A stretch of DNA of 50,134 bases from Eledone cirrhosa (taxonomy: Eukaryota): contig CAXHJY010000783.1 of NCBI GenBank assembly GCA_964016885.1, positions 1-50,134 of the forward strand. Reading direction: 5' to 3'. Below are positions 1-20,429 of the stretch, piece after piece. The notes beneath the pieces were generated by a model, which was not told the DNA's origin, searched no databases, and saw only the letters and a program-made list of their open reading frames with translations. The stretch's first letter is position 1. The number at the start of each line of letters is the position of its first letter. The position numbers and the translations under genes are program-made.

Positions 1-636
1 ATTTAACAAGCGATTAACAAAAATACAAAATTTGTTCTGTTAAATACGTCCAAAAACCTACGTATTTAGCACTTAATAGAAACAGAAAATGTAGTTTGTT
101 TTAGCGATAGATTGGCTATTTGGACTTGATACGAAATATGGATTGTTTTGAAAATACGCTAGGAGAGAGAGAGAGAGAGATGAAGTCTGTACATTACGTT
201 TACATGAATTTCGTGGGACAGCAAGCAATGAAATGAAATTTGGCGAAGTGAATTCCTATCATATATTTATAGGGAGAGAGAGAGAGAGTGAGAGAGAGCG
301 AGGGTAGGGGGCCACATGATGGCTGTGGGTGTTAGGCGTTTGACCGCCCCGTGCCTTCGAAGAAGGAAGAAGGAAAGGATTTTGCTTTTTTTGTTTTGAA
401 GATACGCTAGAATTAGGGATTGGGGTTTGAAAATACGTTAGGAATTAAGGTTTGAAAATAGCTAGCAAGAAGGTAATGATTGAGTGGGGTCCATGCATTT
501 AACAAGCGATTAACAAAAATACAAAATTTGTTCTGTTAAATACGTCCAAAAACCTACGTATTTAGCACTTAATAGAAACAGAAAATGTAGTTTGTTTTAG
601 CGATAGATTGGCTATTTGGACTTGATACGAAATATG
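1..636. repeat. End of a ~496-bp-period repeat; 1-140 recurs at 497-636, then runs into (TA)n
   Basis: ATTTAACAAGCGATT...CTTGATACGAAATATG is identical at 1-140 and 497-636; internal (GA)n runs; no ORF. Confidence 0.85.
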
Positions 637-4403
<3,767 letters not shown>

Positions 4404-5400
4404 ATACTAGCTCTTTCAATTGCGCAGAGGGTTCTATAGAAATAGTGGACAGCTTCCTTTACCTGGGTGACAAAATCAGCAGTGGAGGAGGGTGCTCTGA
4501 AAGAACAGTAGCTAGAGTCAGAACTGGATGAAAAAGTTCAGAGAGCTTATACCACTATTAGCCGCTAAAGGGTTCTCCCTAAAAATGAAATGCAGGTTGT
4601 ATGATGCCTGCATACGAACAGCAATGTTGCATGGCAGTGAGACTGGGCATTGTGTGCAGAGTATATAAGCAGACTAGAGAGGAACGAAGCTTGCATGCTC
4701 CGCTGGATGTGTAATAGTAATATATGTGAACGGCAAAGCATAAACGAACTAAGGAAAAAATTAGAAATAAGAGGGATCAGATGTTGTTTACTCGAGAGAA
4801 GGCTACGTTGGTATGGTCACGTGATGCGCATGAAAGACGACAGCTGTATAACAAAGTGAAGGGCAATAAAGATAGATGGTAGCCACGGAGTAGGCAGACC
4901 CAGAAAAACCTGGGACGAGCTGATAAATTCTGACCTCACACACACCTCTCCAAGACAATGTCACTGGACCGAGACCTTTGGCGGTACTCAGTAATAGAGA
5001 AGACCCGCCTTACCTAAATACAAAGTAAAACCTACTACAGTCAGTAGGCATCTCTAACAAAATACACCCCCGTCCCACCACCCCCACCACATCCACACCG
5101 CCCCTTTCAATGTAAAGTTATGTTGGTGCCACAACATTGAGGCCGAAACAAATGAGATCGTGTAGGTGTCACAACAAAAAAACACAGTCCACGCTGTAAT
5201 GTGGCCGTGTAGGCAACACGGTAAAAACCTCCCAGCCCCACACTGTAAATGTGGTTGGTGTTAGGAAGGGCATCCAGCTGTAGAAAACCCGCCAGATAGT
5301 CCTATGCGAGCAATGACAACCACTCTTGCCTCAAGTGAGAAAACTCCCGTCCAAACCCATGCAAGCGTGGAACATGGACGTTAAACGATGATGATGATGA
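4404..5400 (+). mobile_element. 5'-truncated RTE-clade LINE (RT C-terminus, 3'UTR, (GAT)n tail), decayed
   Basis: Translates [26 protein letters not shown] and RLERNEACMLRWMCN..RRLRWYGHVMRM with stops and frameshifts; ends ACGATGATGATGATGA. Confidence 0.9.
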
Positions 5401-9371
<3,971 letters not shown>

Positions 9372-9923
9372 GTCGGGTCGTTGGCGACTAAACTGGCAAC
9401 CCCACCAAGGTTTCTTGGTGAGGAGGGTGACTTTGGACATCCTGCAGGACTAAAAACAAAACCTGTCAAAGGGCAAAGGAGCTCTTAAGAGTCAATGGCC
9501 ATCCAAAATCACCGGGAGAGATGACCCCTTAGCCTTTGTCAAGGCAGAATTCTAGGAGAAGGAAAACTCTGATATAACACCTGCAACCCTGATGGTATCC
9601 AATGATGTTGACTTGTTCTTCTTTTTGGTAAATATCATCTTGGTTAAGAGAGTGGGACTGGCTTTGTGCAGTGCCTTTGCTCACTATAAAAGCTTCACGG
9701 CACAGGCATTGCTTTATATCTGGAGATCTCTCTGCACTTGTCGTCACATGGTACCATGGGCCCAGCACTATGTGTCAGTAATTGTCACAAGTGTAGTGTT
9801 TGTACCAGAGTTTTCAAGTCGCTGGCTGAGACTAAAAAGTCACACTCGTTCAGCGCATCGGTAGGGGTTCTCCTACATGGATATAAAGTAGTGGCCGTAC
9901 TCGAAAACGAGTTGGCAGCCACC
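9372..9923 (+). mobile_element. Non-autonomous bipartite RTE-derived element (5'UTR + last C2H2 finger + 3' tail), longest copy
   Basis: Near-identical to 11684-12114 and 35637-36073. Its 5' part aligns to LINE 5'UTR ~20765-20992. Its 3' end TGGCCGTACTCGAAAACGAGTTGGCAGCCACC matches the LINE end TGGCCATACTCGATAACGAGGGGGCAGCCATC (~24930-24960). Confidence 0.85.
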
Positions 9924-11683
<1,760 letters not shown>

Positions 11684-12114
11684 TCAATAGCCATCCAAAA
11701 TCACCGGGAGAGATGACCCCTTAGCCTTTGTCAAGGCAGAATTCTAGGAGAAGGAAAACTCTGATATAACACCTGCAACCCTGATGGTATCCAATGATGT
11801 TGACTTGTTCTTCTTTTTGGTAAATATCATCTTGGTTAAGAGAGTGGGACTGGCTTTGTGCAGTGCCTTTGCTCACTATAAAAGCTTCACAGCACAGGCA
11901 TTGCTTTATATCTGGAGATCTCTCTGCACTTGTCATCACATGGTACCATGGGCCCTGCACTATGTGTCAATAATGGTCACAAGTGTAGTCTTTGTACCAG
12001 AGTTTTCAAGTCGCTGGCTGGACTAAAAAGTCACATTCGTTCAGCGCATCGGTAGGGGTTCTCCTACATGGATATAAAGTAGTGGCCGTACTCGAAAACG
12101 AGTTGGCAGCCACC
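11684..12114 (+). mobile_element. Non-autonomous bipartite RTE-derived element, 5'-truncated copy 2
   Basis: Near-identical to ~9492-9923; flanked by (TA)n on both sides. Confidence 0.85.
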
Positions 12115-12342
12115 ATATATATATGTATATATATGTATATATATATGTATATATATATGTATATGTACATATATATATGTATATATATATATGTATATAT
12201 ATGTATATGTATATATATATATGTACATATATATATGTATATATATATATATGTATACATGTAAAGTTATATTTAAAATTGTTGGGTTACAACTAGTAAA
12301 TATTTATAACTGATATAAAAGCACTCGACAAATATTTGGAGT

Positions 12343-12578
12343 ATATTTACAATATTAAATAAATGGAAAACTATATTTATAAAACCATATTTATTTCTGC
12401 TAGAGTAAACCTCTTCAAATGAAGTTGATGTTTATTACTGTATGTCGAATATATTTCTCTATTGTATTTTGTCTGATGAAGGCATAACATATTGTTAATA
12501 TGATATCCCCGAAATATATATAATGAAATAAATATGGTTTTATAAATATAGTTTTCCATTTATTCAATATTGTATATA
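12343..12578 (+). mobile_element. PLE-like terminal remnant with ~55-bp inverted repeats around a hammerhead
   Basis: ~12343-12397 is an inverted copy of ~12525-12578; hammerhead in between; set in (TA)n. Confidence 0.6.
12465..12530 (+). ncRNA. Minimal type I hammerhead ribozyme (degenerate)
   Basis: Stem I UAUUUUGU/AUGAAAUA (2 G-U pairs), CUGAUGA, imperfect long stem II (CAUAUU/AAUAUG core), GAAA, 2-bp stem III with palindromic AUAU loop, AUA cleavage triplet. Confidence 0.65.
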
Positions 12579-12616
12579 TGTATATATATATATATGTATA
12601 TATATATGTATATATA

Positions 12617-12776
12617 TAGTATTAAGGATACTATTTATGGTTATGTACATACTAAAACTTTTTATAGTTATATATATTTTAAACCCTAAACAGTGAAAGA
12701 CAGTAATTTATTACTACCTTATTACCACTAAGACAAATAGCTCAATGTAATAACATCAGTTGTTCTACAGAGCAGT

Positions 12777-12782
<6 letters not shown>
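12617..12782 (-). mobile_element. Inverted copy of the 5' leader of PLE family 2
   Basis: Reverse complement of ~27983-28148 with a few substitutions. Confidence 0.85.
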
Positions 12783-12809
<27 letters not shown>

Positions 12810-13449
12810 TTCGTTTCTGAATAAATGAACACTGGCGAGACCTTCAAGATAATAAAGAATCATCTGTACTCTACCAACATGCTAAGATAGAACACAAGGG
12901 TAAATTAGAGAACATAGAAATAAAAATAGAATCTACACACAGAAAAGATGCAATGTTTAGACAAATTACAGAGGCAATAAACATAAAAGAATTACAACCA
13001 AAATTAAATAGAAAATATGAGTGGAACCGCAACATCACAACTTACAATTAAGGACAAAATGAAAACACACACACACATAGAACAGACAACCAACCAATAA
13101 CATGTAAATAAATAAACAAATAGATAAATGAACACAAACACACACAGACACCCGGATGTGGCGCATGCGCAAACTGAGCACACAACACACACACAGAAAC
13201 AAAATGGCGTAGGACAGAAGAAAGGAAAGGCACAGAAACAAAGAAAGGAATCCCCAGTCACTGAAGAGGTCACAGAGTGTGTGACGAAAGGACTATGACT
13301 ATATATAAACAACTATCTGGTTGTGGAACCAACCAACCAGAAATTTATAAATTTGTAGATTTGTAGATTTATAAATTTATAAATATATAATAAATTGAAG
13401 TGAAAGCAACTGGTGCGTGTGTTTCTTATTGGCAACATGATCCTCCCAA

Positions 13450-14287
13450 AGTAGGGGTAATGGTCGTGTGTCATCATATTTGAGAGGTGTAATTGGGTAA
13501 GGTCGGCTTTTATCACCTCATCGCAGGTCTTCTTGGGTCTACCCTCTCCGCGGTTTCCATTGACTTCTAGTGCTCTGCACCTTTTTATGCAGCTGTCATC
13601 CTTCATGCGCATCACATGTTCATACTAACGCAACTGCCTCTCCTGCACACAGCACTTGATTCCTCTTATGCTCAGTCTCTCTCACAATTCATTTATGCTT
13701 TGCCGTTCGCGTATATTACTATTACACATCCATCGGAGCATGCAGGCTTCGTTTCTTTCTAATCTACGTAAGTCTTCCACCTTCAGCGCCCAGGTCTCAC
13801 TACCATGTAACATTGTTGTTCGGATACACGCATCATACAGTCTGCCTTTCATTTTGGTGGAGAAGCCTTTTTCAGCTCGCAGTGACAGTAGTTCCCTGAA
13901 CTTCTTCCTTCCCGTTCTTACTCTAGTTATTGTACTTTCTGAACACCCACCTCCGCTGCTAATTTGGTCACCTAGGTAGCAGAAGCTGTCTACTGTTTCT
14001 ACAGAGTCCTCCCAGAGATTGGTGGTACTTGTTTCCTGTGGCTGTTTGCTGCTTGCTGTCTCAGCATAGCTGCTACATGTGAAGCCTCCATTCTTAATTA
14101 AGCTTCCTGAGATCCCGCTACATTTCTTGTGTACCCATTGTTTGCATTTAGGGCAGAGAATGGATTTCCTACCTACACCTTTCCTACATACTGAGCAAGG
14201 CCATTTCCCTGAGGGGATCTGGGTTCTGTTTTCTCGTCTACTTACAAGGACCTTAGTCTTTGTCATGTTGACTTAGAGACCCTTTCT
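13450..14287 (-). mobile_element. RTE-clade LINE fragment (late RT with Cys/His-rich insert)
   Basis: ORF 13682-14266: KTKVLV..WPCSVCRKGVGRKSILCPKCKQWVHKKCSG..VDSFCYLGDQISSGGGC..MLHGSETW; same family as 4404-5400. Confidence 0.9.
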
Positions 14288-14675
14288 TAATAATATATAT
14301 AGTGTAGATTACGATGCATATAGAAAATATGTATAGGATTTCTGGTAATGTGCTATTTTTGTCATGTATAATGGTTTTTAATGTCTAAAGAAAATTGATT
14401 GTCGCAGGAATGCTATCACTTAAAATAAAATTTCACTGGAGATAGATTAGCAAAATTTAATGAGCAATGGAGTCGGAAAAAATTTAATAAACGGGGAGCG
14501 GGAAATGATTATTTGAGACCCAAGAGTACACACTTTATTAGTTTCCAACCTGTCTAGTTTGTGACCGTGAAAACCTGTTCAACCCATGTCACTGTGAAAA
14601 GCAGATGTAAAAATGAGGATGATGATGACTGATTGCCAGAGATTTTACTATTCCATTTGCTTTGTAATTTTTCAG

Positions 14676-14801
14676 GTTTTTGCAGTCACAAAGAACACGA
14701 ATATTTTATAGGAGAGGTATTCCATTCAGACAAGTGTGAGGAATGCGTTTGTGCTGACAACAAAGGGTCAATCATTTGCTCGAATATCTGCGAGGATTCA
14801 A
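14676..14801 (+). CDS. Internal exon A of a tandem pacifastin/VWC-like Cys-rich protein
   Basis: TTTTTCAG acceptor, GTAAGT donor, 126 bp, phase 1-1; FCSHKEHEYFIGEVFHSDKCEECVCADNKGSIICSNICEDS. Confidence 0.85.
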
Positions 14802-15124
14802 GTAAGTGTTTCATCTGACAATTGTCATTAATAGCTTGTTTTGTTTAAATTGTTGTTGCTGCAGCAACTGCTGTTGTTGTTAACCTTTCAGTTCATTTAG
14901 CATGTATTCAGAAAAGGTTTTGGCTACAAATCATAGTTGCTTCATCATTTTCTTTCATCTGACTAAGCCATTGAAAAGAATAACTTAGGAATGAAAAAAG
15001 TTGTCTTTTTTCCTGCTCTTTATTTAGAATTATATTCTAAAAAATAACAATTTGACTTAATAGTCATTCTCTATCATTCGTCTTTATCTCTATTTCTCTC
15101 TCTCTTTTTATAAAACTATTTCAG

Positions 15125-15256
15125 CTAAATGTGAAGAAAATGAACATTTATATGGTGTTGGTATGTACTTCATGAAATCAGATGGCTGCAATACGTGTAC
15201 ATGCATGTCGAAAGCTGGTATCAGCTGCACCAGAATCCCCTGTACTGCAGAACAAG
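15125..15256 (+). CDS. Internal exon B, pacifastin-like module, GC-AG donor
   Basis: TTTCAG acceptor, AAG|GCAAGT donor, 132 bp, phase 1-1; KCEENEHLYGVGMYFMKSDGCNTCTCMSKAGISCTRIPCTAEQ. Confidence 0.85.
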
Positions 15257-15469
15257 GCAAGTTCTGTTATTTGAAGTTTGGGAGAACAAAGCGTTCAAGT
15301 TTTCTGGTGGGGTGGGGCTTATATTTTCCCCAACATTGTTGCTGCTGCTGTAACTTACCCTACAAAATCAGGGAGTTGTGAGAAATATTAAACTTGACAG
15401 CTATGGAGCTATACAGTGAGATGGACTTCTGTTGGTTTGGATGATGAATGCTCCAGTTCTATCAGCAGT

Positions 15470-15910
15470 ACAACCTCTTGTGAAATTAATGTGTGTAAGG
15501 AGCTGAGCATTCCACAGACATGTGTACTCTTAATGTAATTCTCAGCGTGACACAAAGAGTGACATGGATGACCCTTTGAATCACCGGCAGAACTAATTTA
15601 TTCCAGCTGAATGGACTGGAGTGAAATTTTGCTTAGGGATACAAAATGCAACCTGGTCTAGGAATCAAACTCATTATTTTATGAGCATGGATTGGCAGTA
15701 TCGGTAGAGGGTCGGACGCCATGCTTTGACGCATAGAGTTACGGCCCTTGCCATTTTGAGTTCAAATCCCGCCGAGGTTAACTTTGCCTTTCATCCTTAC
15801 GGGGTCGATAAAATAAAGTACCAGTAATACACTGGGATAATTGCTGGCCTTGTGCCAAAAAGTAGAAACAATTATTTTATGAGCATGGACCCAACACCTC
15901 AACCACACCC
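15470..15910 (-). mobile_element. Old tRNA-derived SINE, interrupted by a younger SINE
   Basis: B-box-like GAGTTTGATTCC on the minus strand (15661-15672); sequence resumes after the nested insertion; boundaries approximate. Confidence 0.45.
15692..15870 (+). mobile_element. tRNA-derived SINE with 19-bp target-site duplication
   Basis: B-box GAGTTCAAATCC then AACTTTGCCTTTCATCC..GTCGATAAAATAAAGTACCAGT; TSD ATTATTTTATGAGCATGGA at 15673-15691 and 15871-15889. Confidence 0.85.
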
Positions 15911-16189
15911 TTACAAATAACTCAGAAATCTCCAATTGTTCTCTATAGATGAGGCTCTTGTTTAGCTGAACACTTCTTATTCCAATATTTCGATATATTT
16001 ATATGTTCAGGTCAGCAGTTTGTAGTGTTCCAGCCATCAACATAGATGACTCCTTACTACTACTACTACTACTACTACTATCACCACCACCACCACCACC
16101 ACCGCCACCATCACTTTTATAATAAATTATCAATCAAATACTGGGTTTAATTTAAATCAACATTCCCTGCTCTCAAATTGCTGACTTCT

Positions 16190-16630
16190 TGCCTTCTTCT
16201 TCTTAGTCCACTTATCCCTGAGAGGGTCATGGGGGCAGAGTCCTCAAACACTTCTTCCAGTGGGTCCTGTCAGAAGCAACCATCTCCAACTAATCTGGAT
16301 AGATCCCCAAGCATGACCAGCCAAGCTCATGGATGTTATCCAACCATCTTGCTCGCGGTCTACCCCTGAATCTGAGTTTTAAAGCATGCCTTCCAGCAGG
16401 TCCTATCAGAAGCAACTATCTCCAATTGATCTGGCTGGATCCGCAAGCAGGACCAGCGAGCACATGGATGTTATCTATGCCAGTTGGTTTTGCCTATAAA
16501 ATCTATCCAGTGATCTTTCCTGAGACATTCAAACCACATGCCCATAATATTGGAGTTGTGATTCCCCAATTTGGAGAAGTAGCAGTTCTACCTGGAGAGA
16601 TTCTCTGATCTCTGAGCTACTCGAGCTATA
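16190..16630 (-). mobile_element. Degenerate LINE 3' fragment with internal ~80-bp duplication
   Basis: SSEIRESLQVELLLLQIGESQLQYYGHV resembles the RT C-terminal QLRWYGHV; 16262-16341 is similar to 16398-16476; short (AAG)n-like end. Confidence 0.55.
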
Positions 16631-17189
16631 GAGTAACATTACTCTTTTTTTTTCTTTCACACAAGAATTGAGTATTGAGAAAGATTCATAGCATTCTTCT
16701 ATTGCAACAGAAACAACCGAGACAACAAAAGACTTTTTCTCAGTATTCAAGGCCAAATGTTACTATTAAGGCCAGTGTTACTATTAAGGCCAACTTGGCA
16801 GCTACCTAAGATGCAGGCCTCAGAGGTACATTTCTGGACTTTAAGGATCACATTTTTATACAAATTTGTAAAATTAAATTAAATATATAATAATTTCCTG
16901 CAATCAATAAATAAATCACAAATTTTTTCCATGTAGGAATGTGGTGAAGAGGGTTGTAATGTGTTATGACCTCACATGATTTGGCATGGCATATTGTAGA
17001 CTGTGTTGTAGAAATTTAGTTATTTTCTTTGTGTGTGGTCAGACAAAAAAATGTCAAAATCTAGGTTTGTCAGCTTGCTAAACTGTAAGTTGAAATTATT
17101 TTATTTGGGGAAAATGGCTGCGTAATTAGGAGAAGGGTGTACACATTGTAGAGATACCTTAGTGCTAGATATCCAGGTATCAGTTCTGA

Positions 17190-17360
17190 CTATTGGGAAC
17201 GATTCATGGCATTTGTTCTGCATTTTTATATTCTGAATTCAAATCCCACCAATGTCAACTTTGCCTTTCATCCATCTTGGATTGATAGAATAAAGTATAC
17301 TGGAGTCAATATAATCAACTGTTCTGCTCCCTCACATTTGCTGGCTTAAGCCGAAATTTT
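17190..17360 (+). mobile_element. Degenerate copy of the 15692 SINE family
   Basis: GAATTCAAATCCCACCAATGTCAACTTTGCCTTTCATCC..AATAAAGTA..TTGCTGGC. Confidence 0.7.
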
Positions 17361-17413
17361 TAATCAAATCTCCTTCATGACAAACCAATATGTTGTATAT
17401 TTTTCTGTTGTAG

Positions 17414-17545
17414 TATTTTGCTATTTTGGTGCAAACATCTATACTAGTGGAGACACATTTCTACATCCTGATCGCAAACGGAGCTGTATTTGCCGACTTG
17501 ATGGAACTACAATCTGTAAATTTCGTAATGTTGAACCAACTGTTT
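17414..17545 (+). CDS. Internal exon C, four-Cys variant module
   Basis: TTGTAG acceptor, GTAAGT donor, 132 bp, phase 1-1; VFCYFGANIYTSGDTFLHPDRKRSCICRLDGTTICKFRNVEPTV. Confidence 0.8.
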
Positions 17546-17609
17546 GTAAGTTTAAACTCTCCAGTTTCCACTTGCATTAAAATTATCTCCCTTATTTCAA
17601 TCTATATGA

Positions 17610-17936
17610 AAGCGCATGCTTAGTATTTAGAGTATTGGGCTTGCAATTGGGAGGTAGTGAGTTTGATTCTCAGACCGGGTGATGCGTTGTGTCCTTGAGC
17701 AAGTCACTTTATTTCACATAGCGCCAGTTTACTCAGCTGTAGAAATGAGTTGTGACATCACTGATGCCAAGCTGTGTCGGCCATTGCCTTTCCCTAAGAC
17801 AGGGAGAGGGGAGGCTAGTATGCATGGGCAACTGCTGGTCTTCCACAAACAACCTTGCCCGGACTTGTGCCTTGAAGGATAACTTTCTAGGTGCAAATCT
17901 CATGGTCATTCATGACCGAAGGGGGTCTTTACCCTT
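17610..17936 (+). mobile_element. tRNA-derived SINE of a second family
   Basis: B-box-like GAGTTTGATTCTC followed by the widespread SINE body motif GTGTCCTTGAGCAAG(T)CACTT. Confidence 0.65.
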
Positions 17937-18009
17937 ATTTCAATTTATATTTTCCTTCCATTAACAATAAATAAATAAATAAAAGTTTCTGTTTTATTTA
18001 AAACATTTT

Positions 18010-18145
18010 AAGGCAGTGAATTGGCATCAGATTAAAAACCTCAGTATTTGGTCTGGCTCACTGCATTCTGAATTCAAATGCCACCAAGGTCAACTTTGAT
18101 TTTTGTCCTTTTGGACATGATAAATAAAGTACCAACCAGTCCAGG
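18010..18145 (+). mobile_element. Degenerate copy of the 15692 SINE family
   Basis: CTGAATTCAAATGCCACCAAGGTCAACTTTG..GATAAATAAAGTACCA. Confidence 0.65.
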
Positions 18146-18621
18146 GGCTGTGATTTTGTGGAATTGTTAAAAATTCAAACAGAATGATTTGCAGTATTTA
18201 TTCCAACTCAGAGTTCAAATTCTACTCCTTGTCACTGGAAAAGCAGTAATGCTTTTCCCCTTAAGTTAAGATAAACCACTAAACATCATTGCTGTGTAGA
18301 AACATTGAGGAAATATTCAAAGCAGCTGAGAAAGGGGTGAAGGTGAATGTGGACTGTGTAGATGAAAATATAGGCTTAATAATTTTTGTAGTGTAGTCAG
18401 AGAAAGATGTGTTAAAAATTAGGTTTAACTTGTCAAACTCTAAGTAGAAATTACTTTATTTGGGAGAATAGGTTGTACAATGTAGAGCTAGTCTATTGAG
18501 GCTAAATACCCAGGTGCTGGCCCTGCTAATAATAATTTATAATTGTAACGATCAACTATAACATAGATTTTCAGTGATCTTGCATCTAAAAAGACATTCT
18601 TTCTTCTTCCATTATTCTCAG

Positions 18622-18774
18622 CTCCTCCTCCCAGTGTATGTCTGTACATGGAGAAACAGTATCATGCTGGTGACATATTTCACTCTAATGACTTATGTAA
18701 TATGTGCGAGTGTTTATCAAATAGCAATTACATTTGTTCAAAATGGATCTGTCTTGGTCATTTGCTCAACACAA
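18622..18774 (+). CDS. Internal exon D, six-Cys module
   Basis: TTCTCAG acceptor, GTGAGT donor, 153 bp, phase 1-1; SPPPSVCLYMEKQYHAGDIFHSNDLCNMCECLSNSNYICSKWICLGHLLNT; exons A-D splice in one open frame. Confidence 0.85.
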
Positions 18775-18850
18775 GTGAGTACCTCTTTTAACCTTTATAT
18801 TACAATATTTCTAAATGGAAAACACTGCAAATAATTTTTTAATACACAGG

Positions 18851-19557
18851 ATACTAGCTCCTTCTACTGCCCAGATGGTTCTATAAAAATAGTGGACACT
18901 TTCTGTTACCTGGGTGACAAAATCAGCAGTGGTGGAGGGTGCTCTGAAACTACAGTAGCCAGAGTTAGAACAGGTTGGAAAAAGTTCAGAGAGCTTATAC
19001 TGCTGTTGGCCACAAAAGGATTCTCTCTGAAAATGAATGGCAGATTGTATGATGCTTGTATACGAACAGAAATGTTAAATGGCAGTGAGACATGGGCATT
19101 ATGTGCAGAAGACCTGCGCAGACTGGAAAAGAACGAAGCATGCATGCTCCATTGGATGTGTAATAATATTATACATGAACGGCAAAACATAAATGAACTA
19201 AGTGAGAAATTAGGAATAAGAGGGATCAGATGCTGTTTATTTGAGAGAAGATTACGTTGGTATGGTCACGTGATGCGCATAAAAGACAACAGCTGTATAA
19301 AAAAGTGCAGAGCGATCAAAATAGATGGAAGTTACGGAGTAGGTAGACCCAGAAATACCTGGGACGACTTGATAAATTCTGACCTCACACACTTACACCT
19401 CTCCAAAACAATGTCACTGGACCGAGATCTTTACGGTATCCAACCGTAGAAAACCTGCCAGATACGAGCGAGAGGTCACCTGACCAAACTTGCCTGAAGT
19501 GGGACAACTCCCGTCTAACCTATGCTAGCGTGGGAGATAAACGATGATGATGATGAT
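18851..19557 (+). mobile_element. 5'-truncated RTE-clade LINE, same family as 4404-5400, with a shortened 3'UTR
   Basis: ORF 18892-19449 (YLGD..GSETW..RRLRWYGHV..GRPRNTW); (GAT)n tail. Confidence 0.9.
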
Positions 19558-19605
19558 AAGCGCTTTTCAACTCATTTTATGTTTACTGGCCCCCCATTGC
19601 AAAAT

Positions 19606-19871
19606 GGCTATAAATTCAAATTTTGAAAAGAGAGGAAAAGGGACAAGTGAACTATGAACTTGATACATCTCACTGCCCCCGCCACCACAATAACCTCTAC
19701 ACTTGCACCCTACCACCACTACCACCACATAAGTCATTACCCTATCTACACTAAGGTGACTGACCTTTTGCCAAACTGCCAAACTCCTTTCTCTGTGTTG
19801 AGTGTGTATGTATATATATATGTATGTATATATATCACTGACCTGTTGCTAAACTCCTTTCTCTGTGTTGA

Positions 19872-19918
<47 letters not shown>

Positions 19919-19991
19919 AGTGGATGTGACCAGATTTCAACACAGCAACAACACCAGCAACACCATTGTCTGTGTTGAATGTGTGTGTGTG

Positions 19992-20044
<53 letters not shown>

Positions 20045-20215
20045 TTTTAAAAAAAATCTTTTGATGCTGCTGTTGTTGTTGTTGTAAATGTTCATTTCAG
20101 TTCATTCTGAAGCTGTTGTTGCTGTAAACATTAGTGCCGGTGTTGTTGTTGTAGATGTTGGGGTTGAAATCTGGTCGTTTGACTGAGTGATGTATATACA
20201 CACATATACATACAT

Positions 20216-20261
<46 letters not shown>

Positions 20262-20429
20262 TCAACAGAGAGTAGAGAGTTTGACAACAGGTCGATGACT
20301 TTAGTCTAGATAGGGTAATGACGTGATGGTGGGGAGAGAGTGTAGAAGTTATTGTGGTGGCGGGGGACAGTGCGATGTATCTAGTTCATTTGACCGTTTT
20401 CTTCTCTTTGCAAAATTTGAATTTTAGCC
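19606..20429. mobile_element. Foldback/MITE-like element with long imperfect inverted arms around a microsatellite core
   Basis: GGCTATAAATTCAAATTTTGAAAAGAG at the left end versus CTCTTTGCAAAATTTGAATTTTAGCC at the right; ~19606-19945 mirrors ~20150-20429. Confidence 0.75.

Noticed and set aside
9372-9500. HDV-like ribozyme at the 5' end of the RTE derivative
   Set aside because: A hairpin is present (CACCAAG/CTTGGTG) but I could not build the nested double pseudoknot by eye
12810-13430. Cys/Val-rich minus-strand ORFs (13004-13312)
   Set aside because: Low-complexity CA/A-rich sequence with no splice or domain support
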